This document shows, one piece after another, positions 18,960-28,453 of a DNA stretch of 64,000 nucleotides (its first letter is position 1; each line of letters opens with the position of its first letter). The notes under the pieces are model-generated. The model had not been told where the DNA came from and did not search any database. It saw nothing but the letters and a program-made list of their open reading frames with translations. The stretch comes from Pseudomonadota bacterium (GTDB taxonomy: Bacteria; Pseudomonadota; Alphaproteobacteria; Sphingomonadales; CAKZYD01), in assembly GCA_039814715.1 (NCBI GenBank), contig JBCCAR010000016.1, forward strand, positions 12,030 through 76,029, written 5' to 3'. A program made the translations under genes and the position numbers.

Positions 18960-20762
18960 TTAACGCCGGGCGGGCTTGCGTTTTTGGCGCTCCTCTTGCG
19001 GCGCTTTTCTGCGTTCAGGCAATTTGCCGCCATTGGCTATGACCCAGCTGCGGATTTGTTCTTCAAGTACATTTAGCGGCAGCGCGCCTTGCTCTAGGAC
19101 CGCGCTGTGGAACTGGCGCAGGTCGAAGCTTTGGCCAAGTGCTTTTTGCGCCATTTCCCGCAGTCGGCTGATTTTCATTTCACCAAGCTTGTAGGCCAGC
19201 GCCTGGCCGGGCCAGGTGATATACCGGTCCACTTCAGAGGCGATATTCGCGTCGCTCAGCGCCGTGTTGTAGGCCATATAGTCAATGGCTTGGTCCCGGC
19301 TCCAGCCTAGGGCGTGAATACCGGTGTCTACAACCAAGCGGCAGGCGCGCCACATTTCATAGCTAAGGCGGCCAAAGTTCGCATAGGGGTCCTTATAAAA
19401 ACCCATTTCAAGCCCCAAGCGTTCAGCATAAAGACCCCAACCCTCGCTAAAGGCTGTATAGCCGCCATAGCGGCGGAAATTTGGAATGTCCGTAAGCTCT
19501 TGTTGCAGGGCGATTTGGAGATGATGGCCGGGCACAGCCTCATGCAAGGTGAGCGCTTCGAGTTCAAATAGCGGCCGTTGGCTCAGAGACGATAGATTGA
19601 TGCGAAATACGCCTGCCCGCGTGCCATCCCCGGCGGGCCGCTCATAATAGGCTGCCGGGCTGCCATCTGCCAGTGCGATGGGGATTGGTTTGACGGTGTA
19701 GGACATGCGCGGCAACACAGCGAAAAGCGTCGGCAAGGCCCCATCGGCCTGTTTCGCGATCAAGGCTGTCTTTTGCAGTAATTCTTTGCCCGTTTTGGCG
19801 TAGAATTGGGGATCGGTCCGCAGGAAGGTGAGAAAATCATCGATCGTGCCAGTGAACTGAACTTCATCCATGACCGCCTGCATTTCCCGGCGGATGCGGC
19901 TGACTTCTGAAAGGCCAATCTGGTGAATTTGCCGCGCTGATAGGGTCAATGTCGTATAGCGCTTTATGCGGTGCCGGTAATAATCTTCGCCGCGATCCAG
20001 ATTTGATGCGCCGACGTTTTGCTGGCAGCTGGGCATGTATTCTCTTTGAAATACATCCGCCCATGTGCGCAGGGCGGGCATCACCCGGTCATTGATGGCC
20101 GTGCGGGCCATGGCTTTCAGCCGTTTCCAACTTTGCCGGTCAATGGTTGCTGGGCGCGCTTTGAAAGGCGCCCAAAAGCTGCTGTCTTCAGCGAGCGCTG
20201 TTATTTGGTTTGTGATGCTCGCATCCAATCCGCTGATCGCATCGCAAGGCTGGGTCATGCCGTTTTGTATGGCCCAGCGCGTTGTTGCCATGCCTTCGCC
20301 ATTCAGGCGCGAGATATCATTCAGCCGGGCAATATAGCTCTCATAGTCTGCCATGGTGAAAAACGGCAGCTGATCGGGCAAATTCGCAATATCGAAATGC
20401 CAGCCTGAAAACCGCGTAAACAACATCGCCCGCTGGGGGTAGGAGAGGGCGGCGATTTGGGTCTGCAAGTCCGTTTCCAGAAGGCTTTTATTCAGCTGGC
20501 TCGCAGCGCTCAGGTCTTCATCGTCTATATCGACCAAGTCTTCCAAAAAGCCCTCAAAACGCGCTTTGCGTTTGTCCATGGATTTCAAGGAGAGGCTCTT
20601 CAGCTTTTCGTCATACGCGCGGGCACCCAAGCTGGTCGCCAGCACGGGGTTTTGTTCCAGAACAAATGCCCAATGGCGATCGATGACCTTTTTTAGGGCC
20701 TTTTCATTGGCATGCGCGCTGCCAGCTGCAAACAGGAAAATGATAAAGACAAAAGCGCGCAT
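18960..20762 (-). CDS. DUF885-family secreted metallopeptidase-like protein
   Basis: ATG at 20762 gives a signal peptide (MRAFVFIIFLFAAGSAHA). The 'HEAVPGHHLQ' motif is typical of DUF885. The upstream extension to 20906 is unlikely to be translated. Confidence 0.7.
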   Translation of the reverse strand: MRAFVFIIFLFAAGSAHANEKALKKVIDRHWAFVLEQNPVLATSLGARAYDEKLKSLSLKSMDKRKARFEGFLEDLVDIDDEDLSAASQLNKSLLETDLQTQIAALSYPQRAMLFTRFSGWHFDIANLPDQLPFFTMADYESYIARLNDISRLNGEGMATTRWAIQNGMTQPCDAISGLDASITNQITALAEDSSFWAPFKARPATIDRQSWKRLKAMARTAINDRVMPALRTWADVFQREYMPSCQQNVGASNLDRGEDYYRHRIKRYTTLTLSARQIHQIGLSEVSRIRREMQAVMDEVQFTGTIDDFLTFLRTDPQFYAKTGKELLQKTALIAKQADGALPTLFAVLPRMSYTVKPIPIALADGSPAAYYERPAGDGTRAGVFRINLSSLSQRPLFELEALTLHEAVPGHHLQIALQQELTDIPNFRRYGGYTAFSEGWGLYAERLGLEMGFYKDPYANFGRLSYEMWRACRLVVDTGIHALGWSRDQAIDYMAYNTALSDANIASEVDRYITWPGQALAYKLGEMKISRLREMAQKALGQSFDLRQFHSAVLEQGALPLNVLEEQIRSWVIANGGKLPERRKAPQEERQKRKPARR

Positions 20763-20990
20763 AAACCTCTCCGCGGACAACCAGCCCCAAGCGGAACCTG
20801 GCACAGCGCTGGTTGCAAGGCAAATGCGGCCAATCGGGGGCGGTGATGGAATAAAAACCGCTATGCTCTGCGCGCGGGGCGGCACCTGCTGCTGTGACAA
20901 CTGCATGGGCGCGGGCTGGTTACTCTCTTTCGCTGCGGCCCTAAAACCGCTATTGTGATCGACTTAAGGTAGTGAGGCGATGGGGAAGTT

Positions 20991-21722
20991 TTGCGCAACA
21001 AGGGGACAAGCGACCGCCGCGCCTTTACCTTGTGCGCGCTGGCTGGCCTGGTGAGCTTTGGCATGGTTGCCGCCCTGCTGGTGATTTACCCCATGCGGCT
21101 ACCATCGGCTGAAACAGCCTTTTTGCCCCCAGCGCTGGCGCTCCAATTTGCAACAAGCCCCGACCAGATAGCGGCCATTTTTGGCCCGGCGGGGACGCCG
21201 ATGCGTTTTAGCACCGTCCAATCCATGCATGATGGCAATATAGCGGACTATGGCTTCATGGTCATCTATTCGCTGTTTTTAGCGTTCTTCTTCCATGGCC
21301 AGCGCTTGAAAACGGGCCTGCGCGCCTGGTGGAGCGTCTTGCCCATGATTTTGGTTGTTCTCACCTTTGACATTATGGAAAACCGGGTGCTCAGCGTTAT
21401 TACCCGCGCGCCCGATAGTCTGAGCTTGCAGCGCTCCATCGGGGCGCTGCAGCTCTATACCTGGGGCAAATGGAGTACGCTCGCGGTGGTTTCTGGTGTG
21501 GCAGCCATGGCCTTTTTCGCGCGGCGCTCCCTTGTGCTGGGCCTGCTGTGTTTGCCGCCATTGCTGCTGGTGTTGCCTGCCTATAAAAGCCCAGGCACTA
21601 GCGCTGTCTATCTTGTCCTCTCCGTTGGGCTGAGTTGGATTGTTATGCTTTCGCATGCCATAAAAAGGTCCATGTTTGGGCAAACCACCGCCAAGAGCGA
21701 GCCTTATAGTTTGGTATCATGA
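20991..21722 (+). CDS. Multi-pass membrane protein, unknown function
   Basis: 243 aa with about 6 hydrophobic segments. The TTG start at 20991 is uncertain (alternative Met at 'MVAALLV'). The stop overlaps the next start (ATGA). Confidence 0.5.
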   Translation: MRNKGTSDRRAFTLCALAGLVSFGMVAALLVIYPMRLPSAETAFLPPALALQFATSPDQIAAIFGPAGTPMRFSTVQSMHDGNIADYGFMVIYSLFLAFFFHGQRLKTGLRAWWSVLPMILVVLTFDIMENRVLSVITRAPDSLSLQRSIGALQLYTWGKWSTLAVVSGVAAMAFFARRSLVLGLLCLPPLLLVLPAYKSPGTSAVYLVLSVGLSWIVMLSHAIKRSMFGQTTAKSEPYSLVS

Positions 21723-22708
21723 CCTGGCTTTTTTCTGTGTTGCTTGCTGCCGATGTCTCCGGCGCCTCTATTGTTGAAGCAGCGCGTGAGCCACTGCGCT
21801 ATGAAACCTTATCTGAACCTGCAGACACGAGCCGCGCGAATGGCGAAGATGCGTTGGCGCAGTATCGCCGCGCGCCGCGCAAAGATGAGGGATTGCTACT
21901 TGCCGTGCGGGCCTTGCTCAATACAGGAGAGATGGATGACGCTTGGGACTTGGTGGAAGATCACCCCGCGCCAAGCACGACGCACGCCTTCTTTAAAGCC
22001 AAACTTGAAGCGATTAACGCAAATCTTGCTATCTCTGGCTCACTGGGAAAGCTGAAATGGGCCAAGCGGCTCAGGTCTCATTGTGCCAATCAGGTATCGA
22101 ATGTGCCAGACGATGAAGACGCGCTGGAGTGCTTGGCCAAATTCCATGCCCGCGCGCCGTCTATCGCTGGCGGCGACAAGGCCGTTTCTCAAACCTCGCT
22201 TGCGGCGCTGGAGAGACTGAACGCTCCTAGGGCGAAGCTGGTTGCTGCTGAGCTCGTTTTTCGCGAAGACCCCGACGCAGCGCGCGCTTTGGTGGATGAC
22301 GCTATGGGGTTTGGTGATGTCTATGATCCTGGTCTCCTGCAAGCAGCGATGGTCTATGGCTATTTCAAAGATTGGGATGAGGCCCAAGCCGTCTTAGCGC
22401 GTATCCCAGAAGGCTCTGAGCTGTCTGGGATGCGGCACTATCAAATGGGAAAATTGGCCGCTGAGCATGGGGAAAAGCTCAGCGAGGGGGAACAAGCCCT
22501 GCTCACCTTTTTAACCAGTCAAACACGCCATCTCGGGGTTGATTTTCGCGGCCCAGCCCACTGGCGCCTTGGCCAAATCTTCGTTCACAAGGAACGATAT
22601 GGGCTCGCCAATCAGGCTTTTAAGGCAGCGCTGCGCTATAATCCAAAGCTCAAGCAAGCCAAGAAGGACCTCAAGAAACTCAGAGCTTTGCGGGATAAAC
22701 AAGGCTGA
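21719..22708 (+). CDS. Helical-repeat (TPR-like) hypothetical protein
   Basis: 329 aa with helical-repeat character (e.g. 'NQAFKAALRYNPKLKQAKKDL'). It is translationally coupled to the upstream membrane protein. Confidence 0.5.
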   Translation: MTWLFSVLLAADVSGASIVEAAREPLRYETLSEPADTSRANGEDALAQYRRAPRKDEGLLLAVRALLNTGEMDDAWDLVEDHPAPSTTHAFFKAKLEAINANLAISGSLGKLKWAKRLRSHCANQVSNVPDDEDALECLAKFHARAPSIAGGDKAVSQTSLAALERLNAPRAKLVAAELVFREDPDAARALVDDAMGFGDVYDPGLLQAAMVYGYFKDWDEAQAVLARIPEGSELSGMRHYQMGKLAAEHGEKLSEGEQALLTFLTSQTRHLGVDFRGPAHWRLGQIFVHKERYGLANQAFKAALRYNPKLKQAKKDLKKLRALRDKQG

Positions 22709-22812
22709 GGTTTTCGCCCTTTTGCCTTTGCAGCGCTGGCAATCGTCATAAATTGACTCTTTAGAGGTTGGCCGTAATAGTCCGCCCCAACTCAAAAAGA
22801 CATGGCAGCGAG

Positions 22813-24957
22813 ATGCAAATGACTGGCAAAACAGTAAGCGATTGGATGGACCTTGCGACCAAGGAGCTGCGGGGTAAACCCTTAGAAAAGCTCACTTGGG
22901 ACACGCCGGAGGGCATTGCCGTTAAGCCGCTGTATACAGCCGAAGACGTGGCAGATGTAGAGCCATCGCTGCCTGGCTTTTTCCCGTTTACGCGCGGCGT
23001 TAAGGCGACGATGTACGCTGGCCGACCTTGGACCATCCGGCAATATGCAGGGTTCTCAACGGCAGAAGAATCTAACGCGTTCTATAAGCGCAATCTTGCC
23101 GCCGGCCAAAAAGGCTTATCGGTCGCCTTCGATCTGGCCACCCACCGCGGCTATGATAGTGACCATGAACGCGTGACGGGCGATGTGGGCAAAGCGGGCG
23201 TCGCGATCGACAGTGTCGAAGATATGAAAATCTTATTCTCCGACATTCCGCTCGATAAAATGTCCGTGTCCATGACCATGAATGGCGCAGTCATTCCGTG
23301 TCTGGCGTTCTATATTGTGGCTGCGGAGGAACAGGGCGTCTCCCCTGATAAACTCGCAGGCACCATCCAGAACGACATCTTAAAGGAGTTCATGGTGCGC
23401 AACACTTATATATACCCGCCTGCGCCCTCGATGCGGATTATTGCCGACATCATTGAATATACTGCCCAGAACATGCCGAAGTTCAATTCCATCTCCATTT
23501 CTGGCTATCACATGCAAGAAGCGGGCAGCACCCTCGCCCAGGAGCTCGCCTTCACGCTGGCTGACGGTATGGAATATGTCCGCGCAGCGATGTCAAAAGG
23601 GCTCGACGTGGATGCCTTTGCGCCGCGGCTGTCCTTCTTCTTCTGCATCGGCATGAACTTCTTCATGGAAGCGGCCAAGTTGCGCGCTGCGCGCACCATG
23701 TGGGCCAAAATCATGAAAGATTTTGGCGCCAAGAGCGAAAAATCCATGATGTTGCGCACTCACTGTCAAACGTCTGGCGTGTCACTGACAGAGAAGGACG
23801 CCTATAACAACGTGATGCGTACCACTTTAGAAGCGCTGGCGGCTGTTCTAGGCGGCACGCAGTCCCTTCACACCAATGCGCTGGATGAAGCCATTGCCCT
23901 GCCAACGGATTTCTCCGCGCGCATTGCCCGCAACACCCAGCTTGTGCTGCAGGAAGAAACCGGCATCACCAACGTTGTCGATCCTTTGGGCGGCTCTTAT
24001 TATGTAGAAAGCTTAACCCGCGATTTAATGGCCGAAGCTCAAAAGCTCATTGATGAAGTTGAAGAGATGGGGGGCATGACGAAGGCGGTGGAAGCGGGCT
24101 TGCCAAAGCTTAAAATTGAAGAAGCAGCTGCAGCGAAACAAGCCCGGGTTGACCGCGGCGAAGAAGTGGTGGTGGGCGTGAATAAATACCCCAACCCCAA
24201 TGAAGCAGACATAGAGCTGCTGGAAGTGGATAATGAAAAAGTCCGCGCGAGCCAGATTAAGCGGCTGAACGAAGTCCGCGCCTCGCGCGATGAAGCCGCC
24301 TGCCATGCAGCGCTTGAAGCGCTCACCGCTATCGCCAAATCTGGCGAAGGCAACCTCTTGGCGGCTTCCGTTGAAGCCGCGCGCGCGCGTGCCAGCTTAG
24401 GGGAGATTTCTATGGCCATGGAAACAGAGTTCGGCCGCCACAAGGCAGAGATCAAATCCGTCTCAGGCGTTTATGGCGGCGCGTATCAAGGCGATGAGGA
24501 TTTTGCAGCGCTTACCCGCGATATTGACGCCTTCCAAGTCAGCGAAGGTCGCCGCCCACGCATGCTGGTGGTCAAAATGGGCCAAGATGGCCATGACCGC
24601 GGCGCAAAAGTCATTGCAACTGCCTTTGCTGATTTAGGCTTTGACGTTGACGTGGGCCCGCTGTTTCAAACACCGGAAGAAGCCGCCCGCCAAGCCATTG
24701 AAGCAGACGTCCACATCATTGGCGTCTCCTCGCTAGCAGCAGGTCATAAAACGCTCGTTCCGCAGCTCATTGATGCGCTCAAAGCGGAAGGTGCGGGCGA
24801 TGTGAAGGTCATTTGCGGCGGCGTCATTCCCCCGGCTGATTATGATTTCCTCAAATCAAAAGGCGTGGCCGCTGTTTTCGGCCCCGGAACGAACATCGTC
24901 ACAGCCGCTGGTGAAGTCCTTGGCCTCCTAGAGCGGCGCCCGCAAGCGGCGGAATAG
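22813..24957 (+). CDS. Methylmalonyl-CoA mutase, large (alpha) subunit
   Basis: '[15 protein letters not shown]' is present, along with the C-terminal B12 domain '[11 protein letters not shown]' (DxHxxG). I prefer ATG 22813 over the TTG at 22768. Confidence 0.9.
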   Translation: MQMTGKTVSDWMDLATKELRGKPLEKLTWDTPEGIAVKPLYTAEDVADVEPSLPGFFPFTRGVKATMYAGRPWTIRQYAGFSTAEESNAFYKRNLAAGQKGLSVAFDLATHRGYDSDHERVTGDVGKAGVAIDSVEDMKILFSDIPLDKMSVSMTMNGAVIPCLAFYIVAAEEQGVSPDKLAGTIQNDILKEFMVRNTYIYPPAPSMRIIADIIEYTAQNMPKFNSISISGYHMQEAGSTLAQELAFTLADGMEYVRAAMSKGLDVDAFAPRLSFFFCIGMNFFMEAAKLRAARTMWAKIMKDFGAKSEKSMMLRTHCQTSGVSLTEKDAYNNVMRTTLEALAAVLGGTQSLHTNALDEAIALPTDFSARIARNTQLVLQEETGITNVVDPLGGSYYVESLTRDLMAEAQKLIDEVEEMGGMTKAVEAGLPKLKIEEAAAAKQARVDRGEEVVVGVNKYPNPNEADIELLEVDNEKVRASQIKRLNEVRASRDEAACHAALEALTAIAKSGEGNLLAASVEAARARASLGEISMAMETEFGRHKAEIKSVSGVYGGAYQGDEDFAALTRDIDAFQVSEGRRPRMLVVKMGQDGHDRGAKVIATAFADLGFDVDVGPLFQTPEEAARQAIEADVHIIGVSSLAAGHKTLVPQLIDALKAEGAGDVKVICGGVIPPADYDFLKSKGVAAVFGPGTNIVTAAGEVLGLLERRPQAAE

Positions 24958-25017
24958 GGCTATAAGGCCACACGCCCTCATGTTATAACGGTTGTTCGTA
25001 CATTAAAGGAGCAGCGC

Positions 25018-25263
25018 ATGACCGGTCCGTCGGGCCTTAAAGGCAAAACAAAAATCACGCAAATCGGCAACTCCATGGGTGTTATACTGCCTAAAGAAGT
25101 CCTTGCCGCGCTTAAGGTGGCCAAGGGCGACCAGCTAAGCCTTGTCCAAACCAGAGACGGCATTGAGCTGCGCCCCTATGACGCCGAATTTGAAGAGGAA
25201 ATGGAGCTGGCGCGGCGCATTATGAAGAAATATCGTAATGCTCTAAGCGAGCTAGCGAAATAG
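25018..25263 (+). CDS. AbrB/MazE/SpoVT-family antitoxin
   Basis: 81 aa. The 'TQIGNSMGVILPKEVLAALKV' swapped-hairpin motif is present, AAAGGAG RBS lies upstream, and the stop directly abuts the toxin ATG. Confidence 0.75.
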   Translation: MTGPSGLKGKTKITQIGNSMGVILPKEVLAALKVAKGDQLSLVQTRDGIELRPYDAEFEEEMELARRIMKKYRNALSELAK

Positions 25264-25659
25264 ATGACTCAATGGCGCTGGGTATCTCGCGATACAGTCA
25301 TTGCCCTCCAAGATATGCAAATCAGTCAGTTTGGCGGTCCATATGGCATCCGTGATGAGGGCCTGTTAGGCTCCGCCCTTGCACGGCCTGAAAACCAGGC
25401 GGCGTATAGAGAGCCTGATGTATTTGCGCTTGCTGCTGCCTATGCTTACGGCCTGGTTCGCAACCACCCCTTCGTTGATGGGAACAAACGAATTGGTCTT
25501 GTTGTGGCTGCAGTTTTCTTAGAGAAAAACCAGACTATGCTTGATGCAAAAGAAGCTGACGCGGTCCTCACCATCTTGGCTCTGGCTGCGGGCGAGCTTA
25601 GTGAAGCGGCGCTGGCGGATTGGTTTAGAGCCAATAGCGTCCCGGTGCCTCCAGCCTGA
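25264..25659 (+). CDS. doc: Doc (death-on-curing) family Fic-fold toxin
   Basis: 131 aa. 'HPFVDGNKRIG' is the Doc variant of the Fic motif. Confidence 0.8.
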   Translation: MTQWRWVSRDTVIALQDMQISQFGGPYGIRDEGLLGSALARPENQAAYREPDVFALAAAYAYGLVRNHPFVDGNKRIGLVVAAVFLEKNQTMLDAKEADAVLTILALAAGELSEAALADWFRANSVPVPPA

Positions 25660-25801
25660 TCCGATAGTCTCGGCATACGCCCCTGAGCAAGAATTTAACC
25701 GCAGTCTTATATGCCGCTGAGATACGGCACGTCCCCCTCGAAAACAGATAAAAAATCTGATACTGTCGTGACGGCTTGGGCAATGAGACAGGGGCATTGC
25801 C

Positions 25802-26440
25802 ATGAAACAGTATTTTTTTGCCTGCGCTTGCGGCGCGGCTTTCCTAGCGGCGCCAGCGCACGCGATCACGCAAACGTCTGGTTTTGTGGAAACCAGCGGC
25901 GTCAATTCAACGATTGATTTGTGGTACTTCACGCTTGATTTTGATTTGATCACTGGAGTTCAAGTTGATCCGCGCGCCGGGGTTGACCCGCTGACCACTG
26001 AAAATGTCTCTGTGTTGCTCTACGAAAACGATGGCGTAGGCGGGCTTGGCAGCTTGCTGGCCCAAGCAGGGGCGCCAGCGCCGCTGCCTGGCAATGCGCG
26101 CGTTGAACTCGCGCTCACAGCAGGCGACTATGTGGTCGCGCTGAGCGCATTTGACCTGTTACCTGCAGAAGTGGGCAGTCCATTCCAGAGCGATTCGACC
26201 GTTCCGCTGAGCTTTGAATATGAACTCACGCTGGATCAAGCTGGCGGCAATGATGCGCGCTTTACCTGCAGCGTTGCGGGCAACTTAGATGGCAGTTTCA
26301 CCCGGGCCGATAGCACTTTTGATCAAAGCGCCAACTGCCGTATTCCAGCGGCCCAGATTAACGAAGCACCGTCTTTAGCGTTGTTTGCTGCAATGGGATT
26401 AATCGGCGCGGCGCTGATTGGGCGGCGGGGCGCGCTATAG
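25802..26440 (+). CDS. Secreted protein with PEP-CTERM-like C-terminal sorting tail
   Basis: Signal peptide (MKQYFFACACGAAFLAAPAHA). The C-terminus 'NEAPSLALFAAMGLIGAALIGRRGAL' is a short motif plus TM helix plus Arg cluster, as in PEP-CTERM domains (here EAP rather than PEP). Confidence 0.55.
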   Translation: MKQYFFACACGAAFLAAPAHAITQTSGFVETSGVNSTIDLWYFTLDFDLITGVQVDPRAGVDPLTTENVSVLLYENDGVGGLGSLLAQAGAPAPLPGNARVELALTAGDYVVALSAFDLLPAEVGSPFQSDSTVPLSFEYELTLDQAGGNDARFTCSVAGNLDGSFTRADSTFDQSANCRIPAAQINEAPSLALFAAMGLIGAALIGRRGAL

Positions 26441-26722
26441 GCCCGCTTTTGAGCGCTGCGCCCGCTGGCGCGCAAGGTAGCTGGCGTGAAAGGCGCCGCT
26501 GACAATAATGAGGAGACTGTCAAGCCATTTGGGATTGCCGCTGGCGCCCAGAAGGCTGCGGAACATGAGCAATTCCAAGCTGTGAATGATGAGTAAACCA
26601 AGTCCAAACCAGCGCAGCACCTTATCCCATGGTGCGGGGAATGGCAGAGCAATGTTTATGAGTACGCCAAGCCAAACCAGCCCAGCAATGGCGGTAATAA
26701 TGGTCAACGGTGACTTGCTCAT
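26435..26722 (-). CDS. Small integral membrane protein (3 predicted TM segments)
   Basis: 95 aa and hydrophobic. Its start overlaps the stop of the upstream TetR gene by 4 nt. Confidence 0.5.
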   Translation of the reverse strand: MSKSPLTIITAIAGLVWLGVLINIALPFPAPWDKVLRWFGLGLLIIHSLELLMFRSLLGASGNPKWLDSLLIIVSGAFHASYLARQRAQRSKAGL

Positions 26723-27339
26723 TCAGCAGCAACTGCGCCAGGCTGGCCCTGTTCCAGGCCGACCACAAAACGGTCTACCAAAATCCGTGCGAGCTCGCGC
26801 CGAGCGCGGGGCGGGATGCGGGCTAAGGAATTAGAAGATACGGAACATACACCATGCAGCGAGGCCCAGAGAGTCACAGCCGTTTTGCGCTGCTCTAAGG
26901 CGCCCTTCGCATCAAAATAAATGGAAATTGCTTGTTCGATATAAGCGAGCACCGTGTTCATCTTTTTCACATAGGGCTCGGGCAGAGATTTGCCTTTGGG
27001 CAGCTTGTATTCTGTTACCAAGCGCCATCGATGATAGTGTTTTTGCGTGAAGCGGACATAAAAATCAGCCAGCTCATAAAGGCCTTCGCGTCCCTTCAGG
27101 CCCTTTAATTCGGTGTTAGCGGCAACAATCATTTCATCAATCATGCCTTCGGCTACGGCGATGATGATCTCATAAAAGTCATCAAACACATTATAGAGTG
27201 TGCCAGGCGAATATCCGATGTCGCTTGCGACCTTGCGGATAGACGCTTCTTCAATGCCATTTTCAGCAATCATCGCGCTGGCGGATGCGATGGCGAGAAC
27301 GCCAATCTCTTCACGGCTATGGTCGCTGCGGCGGGCCAT
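26719..27339 (-). CDS. TetR/AcrR family transcriptional regulator
   Basis: ATG 27339 is preceded by AGGAGAG. The HTH is 'ASIRKVASDIGYSPGTLYNVF'. Confidence 0.8.
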   Translation of the reverse strand: MARRSDHSREEIGVLAIASASAMIAENGIEEASIRKVASDIGYSPGTLYNVFDDFYEIIIAVAEGMIDEMIVAANTELKGLKGREGLYELADFYVRFTQKHYHRWRLVTEYKLPKGKSLPEPYVKKMNTVLAYIEQAISIYFDAKGALEQRKTAVTLWASLHGVCSVSSNSLARIPPRARRELARILVDRFVVGLEQGQPGAVAAE

Positions 27340-27476
27340 GGGGCCTCTCTCCTTTAGCGCTGAGGGGACCATCATTCTAAACGCTGTTCAGGCGCTGTCA
27401 AAGCTTCTCTTCATCGCCTATAGACAATGTCAGGTCAGCGCTGCTGAGCAGCCTACACGGGGAGCGTATTTCAATC

Positions 27477-28211
27477 ATGGCAGGATTAGACATGAATTTA
27501 GAGGGCAAAACGGCCCTGGTGACAGGCGCCAGCCGGGGGCTTGGCCGCGCCATAGCCCTTGGGCTTCATAGCGTTGGCGCGCATGTGATCGCTGCCGCGC
27601 GCCCATCAGATGACTTGTCATCTCTCGCAAGTGAGCTTGGCGCTCGCGGCACAATTTGGCCCTGCGATGCAACGGGAGACGAGATTTTAGCGCATATTCA
27701 AGCAATGCCGCGGTTGGATATTCTTATCAATAATGCGGGCACAAACACGCCCCAGCCGTTCGTTGAGGTAGACGATAGCGTCCTAGATCGGATGCTGGAT
27801 CTCAACATACGCTCCGCGTTTCGCATTTCGCGCGAATGCGTGCGCAAAATGTCTGCCGGCAGTGTTATCATCCATATGTCGTCGCAAATGGGCCATGTCG
27901 GCTCTCCGCGGCGCACTGTTTACTGCATGACCAAGCATGCCATTGAGGGGCTCACCAAAGCGATGGCAGTGGAGCTGGCGCCGCAAGGCATTAGAGTGAA
28001 CGCTATTGCGCCGACATTCATTGAAACACCCATGACGCGGCCGATGCTGGCTGATCCCGGCTTTATGGCGTTTGTGAAACAGATGATCCCGATGGGGAAG
28101 GTCGGCCAACCCAGCCACGTCGCCAGCGCGGCCGTGTATTTGTGTTCGCCAGGAGCAGGCATGATCACCGGACATTCCCTACTGGTCGACGGCGGCTGGA
28201 CGGCCCAGTAA
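27477..28211 (+). CDS. Short-chain dehydrogenase/reductase (SDR)
   Basis: 'TGASRGLGRA' is present, followed by the catalytic 'YCMTKHA' (YxxxK). Confidence 0.85.
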   Translation: MAGLDMNLEGKTALVTGASRGLGRAIALGLHSVGAHVIAAARPSDDLSSLASELGARGTIWPCDATGDEILAHIQAMPRLDILINNAGTNTPQPFVEVDDSVLDRMLDLNIRSAFRISRECVRKMSAGSVIIHMSSQMGHVGSPRRTVYCMTKHAIEGLTKAMAVELAPQGIRVNAIAPTFIETPMTRPMLADPGFMAFVKQMIPMGKVGQPSHVASAAVYLCSPGAGMITGHSLLVDGGWTAQ

Positions 28212-28304
28212 CTGGTGTCCTTTGGCCCGAATGTCGGGTTTTTACAATAATTCTCGCCTGTTTGCCTCATTATGTAGATGTGTAGAGCGTTTCGGAGGGA
28301 TGGC

Positions 28305-28424
28305 ATGCGCCTGTTCATAAAAGCGTTTTTGGTAGGGGCACTGTTTGGCGCTGCAAGTGCAATTGCAGCGCCGTTGGCACTCTCAGATGGCAACCATGAC
28401 ATCAAGATTGCTGACCACTTTTAG
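28305..28424 (+). CDS. Possible 39-aa secreted peptide
   Basis: ATG at 28305 lies 5 nt after GGAGGGA. The product is MRLFIKAFLVGALFGAASAIAAPLALSDGNHDIKIADHF. It is too short for the supplied ORF track and I know of no homology. Confidence 0.25.
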   Translation: MRLFIKAFLVGALFGAASAIAAPLALSDGNHDIKIADHF

Positions 28425-28453
28425 GGCGCTTTTGTTCGGTAAGCTGCTGACAG

